The notes beneath the pieces are model-generated. The model was not told the origin of the DNA, ran no database searches, and saw only the letters and a list, made by a program, of their open reading frames with translations. A program made the position numbers and the translations under genes. Below, one piece after another: positions 56,953 to 64,000 of a stretch of 64,000 bases of DNA (its first letter is position 1; every line of letters begins with the position of its first letter). Source of the DNA: an uncultured Erysipelotrichaceae bacterium (GTDB lineage: Bacteria; Bacillota_I; Bacilli_A; Erysipelotrichales; Erysipelotrichaceae); NCBI GenBank assembly GCA_900315225.1, contig OMYM01000142.1, forward strand, positions 19,919 to 83,918, written 5' to 3'.

Positions 56953-59286
56953 TTATTCTCCTTCCACCAAAAATTCCAGCGTCTTGGTCTTCAGACCTTC
57001 GCACTTGATCGTCAAAACGCCTTTGCCACTTTGCCCGACCGTTTTCACATACGTACCACACATGCCGCCTTCCGCACAAACGATGGATGGCCCGACAAGC
57101 GCAATGCTCCCGCAAGCCTCCAATACCAAGGGAAGCTGGCAATATGACGCAACATTCCCATTGCCATCTACAATGCGCAAACGTACCAACGCCATGTCAT
57201 ATGTGTCTGAAAAGCACAATGTTTTGCTTGATGCCTTTGCCTCGATCTCCAGGGATGTATCTGGCGCCTGATGCCTTGTCGCGACAACTTTGCCGTCCTT
57301 GACTGCATCGAATCGCCAGACAACCGATCCGCCTCCCCAGCCACCGACATACTTTCCATACAGTTCAACGCCTTTCTCATATGTCATGCCATAGCGTGCC
57401 ATGCACCAGCCAAGCGATGCCTTGTACCGCAATGGCAGATTCGCCATCCCGTATTTCCCCGCTGCGTTCAATGACTCACGCACAAGCCTTTCCTGCGTGC
57501 CAGATAGATTCTCATTGTTTTTCAACAAATCTCCAATCAAGTCATCAATCTTAATCGGACCATGCTCCAATGCCTTGAATTCACTTGAGGAATATGTACC
57601 CACATATGCATCGTTCTTGTACAAGCGAACCTCATCCGCATTGGTGAACACATAAAAGCCATCGATATGTCCGCCAGGATAGTCGCCAATGTCCATGGAC
57701 GTGCCAATCTCCAAGACTGGTTTATTCTCTGCCTGGGAAGCATATACCGCAGCAGCGATTTTCGGGTTTCGGAACATATCCATCACGCCATGGTAGCATA
57801 CCCTATCCCCCGAGCCAAAGTCTTTGTGCGTCTGGTAGTCGAACATACACCACTGGAAACATCCCAGATGATCCTCGTCCTCCATCGCGTCGTTAAGTAC
57901 CTTGGCATGGCGAAGCGCATGTTCCTGTCTCTTTTCCATCGGGTCAAACGACTTGGTGGGGAACATGTGGCCGTTTGCCTCGGTAATCAACAACGGTCTA
58001 TCGATGTCGGGCGTTACGTCTGCCTTCTTCCTTACGCCGGCATTGGCGCCAGAGTGAGAAAAATCATTGTATGCATAGACGTCTTCAAGCAGCGAACTCT
58101 TTTCCAAGTAACGCACACCTGATGTCGGGCGGCTTGGATCCAACCGATGGGCTATACGGTTTGTCTCGGTGTAAAGCTCATCATCGTCCAAGCTTTCGTT
58201 GATCCTTACTCCCCAAAGAAAGATAGACACATGATTGCGGTATTCCTTGACCATCTCCTCGGTGTTGATGATCGCCTGTTTCTTCCATTCCTCATCGCCC
58301 AGATGCTGCCAACCTGGTATTTCCGTAAACACCAATAATCCAAGTCGATCACAAGCGTGCAAGAATGCGTGACTTTGCGGATAATGGGATGTCCGCACCG
58401 CGTTTACACCTAATTCTTCCTTCAGGATCCTTGCGTCTTCTTCCTGCAAGGAATCAGGCGCAGCGTATCCGATGTATGGGAAGCTCTGATGGCGGTTCAA
58501 ACCCCTGACAAAGAAAGGAGCTCCATTGAGTATCAGCCGATTGTCATCCAGCGCAATCGTCCTAAAGCCAAACTCCACCTCCACGACATCGTCCCCTAAC
58601 GTTAGCCGACATGTATAAAGATGCGGCGCATCTGGCGTCCAAGGCTTGACGCCATGGACAATAAAGCAAAGATGATCTTCTTCCGCAGTACGCGCAATCA
58701 ATGTAAGCTGCCTGTCCCCATCGAAAATCGTCGCTTTAGGCTTCATTGTTGTCTCGTCACTGAGTTCATACGCTATATCGACCGTATGCACTGTCGGGGT
58801 TGTGACAAACACATCCTGGATGTGGAGAGGCTGGCGCGTCTCGTAGTAGACATGACGATAGATTCCGCCATATGTCAGATAATCTATGACAAACCCAAAC
58901 GGGGGAATGGCGCCGTTCTCGCTCGAATCAAGCATGACGCACAAGTCATTCTCCTCGCCAGGCATCACGTAATCCGTGACATCCACCCTAAAACCAGTAT
59001 ATCCGTTCCTATGCTCAGCAACCTTTTGCCCATTGAAATATACAACGGCAATATGCGCGCATGCGTCAAAGACAATGAAATGGCGCATTCCTGCGTCTTC
59101 TTTCGCCACATATACCTTGCGCCGATACCCCGAAACCATTTGGTACGACTTGTCGTCTGCGTCATGCAATGGCATCATCGCCACCGTATGGGGTATTTGC
59201 ACTTCAACGCCCTTGACCTTTCCCGCAAGAAACTCTTGCGACCAATTCGACACAAATTCCCAATTATCATCAATCCTTACTCTCAT
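56953..59286 (-). CDS. Glycoside hydrolase family 2 (beta-galactosidase-like)
   Basis: GGIYR, GFR, GLNRHQ, VRTSHYP, WGVRINE, TEANGH. Confidence 0.9.
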   Translation of the reverse strand: MRVRIDDNWEFVSNWSQEFLAGKVKGVEVQIPHTVAMMPLHDADDKSYQMVSGYRRKVYVAKEDAGMRHFIVFDACAHIAVVYFNGQKVAEHRNGYTGFRVDVTDYVMPGEENDLCVMLDSSENGAIPPFGFVIDYLTYGGIYRHVYYETRQPLHIQDVFVTTPTVHTVDIAYELSDETTMKPKATIFDGDRQLTLIARTAEEDHLCFIVHGVKPWTPDAPHLYTCRLTLGDDVVEVEFGFRTIALDDNRLILNGAPFFVRGLNRHQSFPYIGYAAPDSLQEEDARILKEELGVNAVRTSHYPQSHAFLHACDRLGLLVFTEIPGWQHLGDEEWKKQAIINTEEMVKEYRNHVSIFLWGVRINESLDDDELYTETNRIAHRLDPSRPTSGVRYLEKSSLLEDVYAYNDFSHSGANAGVRKKADVTPDIDRPLLITEANGHMFPTKSFDPMEKRQEHALRHAKVLNDAMEDEDHLGCFQWCMFDYQTHKDFGSGDRVCYHGVMDMFRNPKIAAAVYASQAENKPVLEIGTSMDIGDYPGGHIDGFYVFTNADEVRLYKNDAYVGTYSSSEFKALEHGPIKIDDLIGDLLKNNENLSGTQERLVRESLNAAGKYGMANLPLRYKASLGWCMARYGMTYEKGVELYGKYVGGWGGGSVVWRFDAVKDGKVVATRHQAPDTSLEIEAKASSKTLCFSDTYDMALVRLRIVDGNGNVASYCQLPLVLEACGSIALVGPSIVCAEGGMCGTYVKTVGQSGKGVLTIKCEGLKTKTLEFLVEGE

Positions 59287-59479
59287 ACCTTATTCCTCTC
59301 GCAATAAAACACATGTAAAAAACGCCATGATCCCTATGCATGCAATGACTTTTGCCATACGCAAGCCAGGAAGGATCCACGCAAATATGGATTATGCATA
59401 CGCAAAAACTAAGCCAAGAAACTCCACATTCACATTTCACCCATGTCGGAAGCAGCGTTTTTCATTTAATTCTTTTTCA

Positions 59480-59508
59480 ATTATAGCAATAGCCCCACCT
59501 TTCCGCAA
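59480..59508 (-). promoter_or_regulatory. Probable promoter of the galactoside cassette
   Basis: TTGCGG-17 bp-TATAAT with an extended TG on the minus strand. Confidence 0.62.
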
Positions 59509-59528
59509 CCAACAAAAAAACCTGCGCC

Positions 59529-60107
59529 TCAGCACAGGCCTTCCTTTTGCATATGTCTTTCAATGATGACCTTGATAATGTCTGCCGCAAGCTGTGCATC
59601 ATCGTTGCAGATGACATACTTGTAATGACTTGTCATTTCCATCTCGCGTTGCGCCTTCGCAAGCCTTTCCTGCACCAGTTCCTCAGGCTCCGTTGCCCTG
59701 CCCCTGATGCGCCTTTCCAGCTCCTCCATGCTTGGTGGAACGATAAAGATCGTCAAGGCATCGGGAATCTTTTTCTTCACCTGCATGCATCCATCAACCT
59801 CAATCTCAAGGATGACATTTCTTCCTTCTTCACGTATTTTCTCGATTCCCTTCAATGGCGTTCCGTAGTAGTTTCCCACAAATTCCGTATACTCAAGCAA
59901 TTCGCCTTTTTCCACCGCTTGTTCAAAATCCTCGCGGGTGACAAAGTAGTAATTGACGCCTTCCTGTTCTCCTTCGCGCATCTTCCTGGTGGTCATTGAA
60001 ACGGAATATGAAAGCTTCAATTCCGGATCATCCTTGAACTTCTTTATCACCGTTCCCTTTCCCACGCCGGAAGGACCGCTGATAACAATACATAAACCCT
60101 TCGCCAT
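59529..60107 (-). CDS. gmk: Guanylate kinase
   Basis: SGPSGVGKGT, TTR..R.GE..G..Y.F, NYYGT, LEIEV.G. Confidence 0.96.
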   Translation of the reverse strand: MAKGLCIVISGPSGVGKGTVIKKFKDDPELKLSYSVSMTTRKMREGEQEGVNYYFVTREDFEQAVEKGELLEYTEFVGNYYGTPLKGIEKIREEGRNVILEIEVDGCMQVKKKIPDALTIFIVPPSMEELERRIRGRATEPEELVQERLAKAQREMEMTSHYKYVICNDDAQLAADIIKVIIERHMQKEGLC

Positions 60108-60194
60108 ATTATTCCCCTTTCGTCTATGTAAAATATAATGCCGCCGCGCCAATCCGTCAACCGTGATATAATTTCGGGCACGGAGGTAACCATT

Positions 60195-61829
60195 ATGGCG
60201 CTTGACGGCATTTTACTGCACAAGATCATTCCTGAAATAAGAAATTCGCTTCCCGCGCGAATGCAAAAAATTTGGCAAATCTCCTCTACGGAGATCCTAT
60301 TCCAAACACATGGCAGCCAAGGAAAGCAATTATTGTTGATATCATGTCATTCTGTATACAATCGCATGCTGTTTACAAACCGCAGCTACCCAACCCCAAA
60401 CGAACCAGGTAATTTCATCATGGTTCTAAGAAAATACCTGGAAGGAGGGTTTATTGAGTCCATTGAGCAAGCGGAACTTGATCGCTGGTGTTGCATGTCC
60501 ATCCGCAAGCGTAACGACCTTGGGGATATTGAAAGATTCAGCCTCTACATTGAGCTGATGGGAAAGTATGCCAACGTTATTCTTGTAAATGGAGAAAACA
60601 AGATCATCGATGCGCTCAAGAGAATCCCGCCTTTTGAAAATTCCCGCAGAACCATTCATCCTGGTGCTCTCTTCCAGCCCACAGAATCGCAAAACAAGAA
60701 GGATCCTTTCAAGGAGACGGTAGTCGACACATCCATGTCGATGACCAAGCAGTTCTCAGGCTTCTCGCCATTTCTCTCGCGCGAAGTCGAGTTCCGCATG
60801 GCAAATGGACAAACCTTTGCGTCCATCATGCAGGAAATCGAGTCCTCAAAGAGCCTTTATATCGCCAATAGCAACAATGAAGCGGTATTCCATTGCATTG
60901 AGCTTACGCACCTAGGAGAATGCCGCTGTTATCCCTTGTTCGAGGGTTTCGATATCCTTTACTACCACAAGGAGGAAAAAGACCGAATCCGCCAGATTAG
61001 CGGAGACATCTATCGCTTTGTCAACCGCCAACTTAAGCATCAGAAGACAAAGCTTCCCCGCCTACAGGAAGAATACGACAATGCCTTGGAATGCGACAAA
61101 TATCGCATCTATGGCGAACTGCTATATGCCTACAATATCACTGACACCAAGGGTGAAACGCAAATCACACTAGAAGATTTCGAGGGGCAGCAAGTGCGTA
61201 TTCCTCTGGATCCAAAGCTTGACGGAAAAGGAAACGCTCGCAAACACTATACGCGCTATGGAAAGCTAAAAAAGGGGCAGGCATATCTTCAGGAACAAAT
61301 CCAAATCTGTGAAAATGAAATCTCCTATTTCGAAGGGCTTTTAAGCCAATTGGACATGGCGGATTTTGATACTGCTTCCGAAATCCGAACAGAATTGATT
61401 CGCCTTGGATACATTGCTGAAAAGAAAAACCCACGCCGCAAGAAGAAAGAAATCCCTCTTCATATCAAGGAAGTCGAAGTGGATGGCATCAAGATTTCCT
61501 TTGGTCGCAATAACCTTCAAAACGATGCATTGACATGGCACATCGCAAAGAAAAACGATACTTGGCTCCATGCCAAGGATTACCATGGCTCGCATGTGGT
61601 CATCCACGACCCTCGCCCAAGCGAACATGTCATGCGCATCGCCGCAAACATTGCGGCGTATTATTCTGCTGGAAGGCACTCCACATCCGTTCCCATCATG
61701 TACTGCCCTATCAAGAACCTAAAGAAAATCCCTGGCGCTAAACCAGGGATGGTGCAACTTGGCTCCTATCGAATGATCTACATCGATCCAGACGAAGATC
61801 AGCTTTCTTTCTTAGGCATCAGCCTCTGA
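60195..61829 (+). CDS. rqcH: NFACT family ribosome quality-control factor RqcH (FbpA/PavA)
   Basis: MALDG, F.M.LRK.LEG, ELMGK..N.IL, GRNN.QND, W.H.KD..GSHV, KPG.V. Confidence 0.9.
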   Translation: MALDGILLHKIIPEIRNSLPARMQKIWQISSTEILFQTHGSQGKQLLLISCHSVYNRMLFTNRSYPTPNEPGNFIMVLRKYLEGGFIESIEQAELDRWCCMSIRKRNDLGDIERFSLYIELMGKYANVILVNGENKIIDALKRIPPFENSRRTIHPGALFQPTESQNKKDPFKETVVDTSMSMTKQFSGFSPFLSREVEFRMANGQTFASIMQEIESSKSLYIANSNNEAVFHCIELTHLGECRCYPLFEGFDILYYHKEEKDRIRQISGDIYRFVNRQLKHQKTKLPRLQEEYDNALECDKYRIYGELLYAYNITDTKGETQITLEDFEGQQVRIPLDPKLDGKGNARKHYTRYGKLKKGQAYLQEQIQICENEISYFEGLLSQLDMADFDTASEIRTELIRLGYIAEKKNPRRKKKEIPLHIKEVEVDGIKISFGRNNLQNDALTWHIAKKNDTWLHAKDYHGSHVVIHDPRPSEHVMRIAANIAAYYSAGRHSTSVPIMYCPIKNLKKIPGAKPGMVQLGSYRMIYIDPDEDQLSFLGISL

Positions 61830-62548
61830 TTCCTATAAGCGAGCTCAAGAAGCTTTTTTACCTCGAACATGCGAAGCTTTCGATACTCCCCTTGGCGTAA
61901 AGAGCCAAGTTCCAAGCTACCGTATTTGATGCGTGCAAGCCTGGTCACACGGCAGCCGAAATACTCCATCATGCGCCGTACTTCACGGTTGCGACCTTCA
62001 ATGATCGTAACGCGAAGCACGGTTTTCTTTTTCTTTTCCGAACGTTCCATGAGTTCAACATCGCATGGCAACGTCATTCCATCGTCCAAGCGTATCCCCT
62101 TCGATAATTGGCGCGCCATGTTGTCGGTGAACACGCCATTGACGTACACCTCGTATGTCTTTGGGACATGACAGCTCGGGTGCATCATGCGGTTCGCAAA
62201 CTCCCCGTCGTTTGTCATCAAAAGGATACCCGTGGTGTCATAGTCCAGCCTGCCAACAGGAAATATCCTCTCTTCGACATCAGGAAAGCAACTCATCACT
62301 GTGTCCCTTCCACGGTCATCGCTAACAGCGCAGATCGTGCCCCTTGGCTTGTTCAACAGATAATAGACCTTTTGTTCCTCTTGAAGATGTTTCCCATTGA
62401 CGACAACTTCATCGTTTTCCGATACCTGGACGCCCATTTCTCGCACAACCACGCCATTGACCTTGACCTTTCCAGCAAGAATCAACTCCTCGGCCTTTCG
62501 CCTAGACGCTACGCCAGCGCGAGCAATCCGTTTTTGCAATCTTTCCAT
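61799..62548 (-). CDS. rluB: RsuA/RluB family pseudouridine synthase
   Basis: ERLQK.IA.AGVASRRKAE S4 domain, PVGRLD..T.G.LL.TNDG, EGRNR.VRRM. Confidence 0.88.
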   Translation of the reverse strand: MERLQKRIARAGVASRRKAEELILAGKVKVNGVVVREMGVQVSENDEVVVNGKHLQEEQKVYYLLNKPRGTICAVSDDRGRDTVMSCFPDVEERIFPVGRLDYDTTGILLMTNDGEFANRMMHPSCHVPKTYEVYVNGVFTDNMARQLSKGIRLDDGMTLPCDVELMERSEKKKKTVLRVTIIEGRNREVRRMMEYFGCRVTRLARIKYGSLELGSLRQGEYRKLRMFEVKKLLELAYRNQRLMPKKES

Positions 62549-62556
62549 TCACACTC

Positions 62557-62835
62557 CTAATGCCAGTTTTGTGTGTTCCCCCAGAACGCACTGCCAGCCT
62601 TTGAATAATCATTTAATATCATCACGGGGATCCGACCAAACTTACTGTCTTCCTTTGCTAGCAAACAACAGGCGCTTAGTCTTTTTCGCCCATCAATGCA
62701 AACATAGCCATCCTCTGTCACGTTGACCTGCACTGGTATGGCAATGCCTCGCTGACGTATGCTGGCGATGAACTTCTCGTCGCATGCGACAGTTTCAAAG
62801 CGAATATCCTTGATGTCAACCATTCTGTTTATCAT
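62557..62835 (-). CDS. Stand-alone ParB/Sulfiredoxin N-terminal domain protein
   Basis: 92 aa: SI...G...P..V....GY..IDG.KRL.A...IPV; coupled to the upstream gene by TAATG. Confidence 0.7.
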   Translation of the reverse strand: MINRMVDIKDIRFETVACDEKFIASIRQRGIAIPVQVNVTEDGYVCIDGRKRLSACCLLAKEDSKFGRIPVMILNDYSKAGSAFWGNTQNWH

Positions 62836-63689
62836 TATTCGCCCGCCATATAAATCAGGCAACAGACCGGAAAAAGGCAATATTGTTTGAGAAATTCTTC
62901 GGCGCTGGTTACATGGGACTGCATTCCATATATCGCATTGAAAAACTGAAAACGCTGGTTCCCTAGTTTCCTGAATGCAACATAATGGGCGCCTCTTGCA
63001 TGGGAATATAGCAAGATCCCGCTATCGCTCTTTTCCATTTTCCGCGCGATTCTCGCCTTGTCTGCGATCAAATGTCTCGCCTTGAGATTTCTTTTTCGCA
63101 ACCAATAGAGTTCCATAAACAAGCCTTGTCCCATTACTTCTCCCAGAAAGGCCTTTTTCTGCAGTTCCTCGGCGCAAACTTGCATGCCTGTCTCCATGCC
63201 ATTCATCTTGAGCAAATTGAATGCCGCAATCCAGCCGCATCCCTTCGCCTTTGTATCAAACCAGCCAAACGGTAGCTTTTCCATCAACCCTTGGTTGATG
63301 ATAAACCCTTCGCTGTCAAACGCCCTGTCCTCTACCTGAAAGCGCCAATCTTCGACGATTTTTTGACGTAAGTCGCCTTTTGGAAAAAAACCGTTTTTCC
63401 GATACACTTTCTCAGCAAACACGGGTTTTGTGACAAGACGCAATGGATGAAACTGCCGAATGGCGTGTTCGCTTGCCATTGCGACAAAACGGCAGAGATA
63501 GCTTGGATCAATCTCATCTGTCAATGTGATCTCGAATTCTGCGACATTACCATCCGCATGGCATGTCAAATAGCCAACAGGCTTGTCATCGACGACAAAA
63601 ATCCTCGCATTCCTTCCTGTTCTTGCCAATCCTGGCTGAGAAAAGACATATGCCCCATACCGGTTGATCGTTTCAATCCTCGGTGTCAT
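62835..63689 (-). CDS. Hypothetical protein: GNAT-like N-terminus plus C39-like cysteine peptidase C-terminus
   Basis: D.KPVGY...YRKNGF GNAT-like remnants; NQ...GCGWIAAFN...HYVA...FFN papain-like triad pattern. Confidence 0.55.
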   Translation of the reverse strand: MTPRIETINRYGAYVFSQPGLARTGRNARIFVVDDKPVGYLTCHADGNVAEFEITLTDEIDPSYLCRFVAMASEHAIRQFHPLRLVTKPVFAEKVYRKNGFFPKGDLRQKIVEDWRFQVEDRAFDSEGFIINQGLMEKLPFGWFDTKAKGCGWIAAFNLLKMNGMETGMQVCAEELQKKAFLGEVMGQGLFMELYWLRKRNLKARHLIADKARIARKMEKSDSGILLYSHARGAHYVAFRKLGNQRFQFFNAIYGMQSHVTSAEEFLKQYCLFPVCCLIYMAGE

Positions 63690-64000
63690 TCTTCTGGATC
63701 CGCCTTATGATCTTTCAAAAAGCGAATCGCCTTGCGCAGCAAAGACGCATCGCTGTCATATGTGATCAAGGCAGCCGCATCAATGTTCGAACACCAACGC
63801 ATCTCGCTCAATTCCTCGACCTGCACCATTTCCTCCCCGCCGCAAGGCTGTCCAAGGAAATACACGACCTCCTTCATGACGCCTTCCTCAGGGCTGTAGA
63901 CTGTTGTAGCTCTGTATCCATCCACAAAGCCAATATCCAGTCCAGTCTCTTCCTTCACTTCCCTGAACGCGGTTTCATGTTCATTCTCGCCATCCTTCAC
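63686..64000 (-). CDS. NUDIX hydrolase (3' part, Ap4A hydrolase-like)
   Basis: GE...ETA.REVKEETGL Nudix box, K.V.YF. The 5' end lies outside the window. Confidence 0.85.
   Translation of the reverse strand: MKDGENEHETAFREVKEETGLDIGFVDGYRATTVYSPEEGVMKEVVYFLGQPCGGEEMVQVEELSEMRWCSNIDAAALITYDSDASLLRKAIRFLKDHKADPEE

Noticed and set aside
1-64000. CRISPR arrays, rRNA, IS elements, prophage genes
   Set aside because: No regularly spaced repeats, rRNA-like sequence, transposase or phage motifs were noticed by eye. Short or degenerate repeats could have been missed.

Overview
This window is mostly minus-strand core chromosome from a Firmicute. It is probably Erysipelotrichales-like, inferred from gene order, a short IF2, a long acidic NusA tail and a Prp-cleaved L27. 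Housekeeping blocks include ruvX-ireB-alaS-recD2-mnmA-spx, trpS, tRNA-Gln-gltX, a FemAB/MurM ligase with tRNA-Glu, infC-rpmI-rplT, truB-ribF-rsmF, rimP-nusA-ylxR-infB-rbfA, ppdK, valS, rplU-prp-rpmA-obgE-ruvA-ruvB, ezrA-iscS-thiI, rpsD, gmk, rqcH and rluB. There are three T-box leaders and several ribosomal-protein leaders. The main accessory element is a compact, apparently stripped-down type VII secretion-like operon (24348-31192) splitting rbfA from truB. It encodes two dissimilar WXG100 proteins, an SLH-like/Ig-domain lipoprotein, an EssC-type FtsK ATPase with only one intact Walker A, and a YukD/EsaB-like small protein. No EsaA/EssA/EssB or toxin genes are recognisable in the window. Other oddities are a RidA-like protein lacking the catalytic Arg, Cys-rich tails on Spx and RidA, a divergent RelA/SpoT-domain protein, a NUDIX-(GNAT/C39-like)-ParB/Srx mini-cluster and a galactoside-utilisation cassette. 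No CRISPR array, rRNA or transposase was seen. All protein family calls come from motif recognition by eye, not from database searches.
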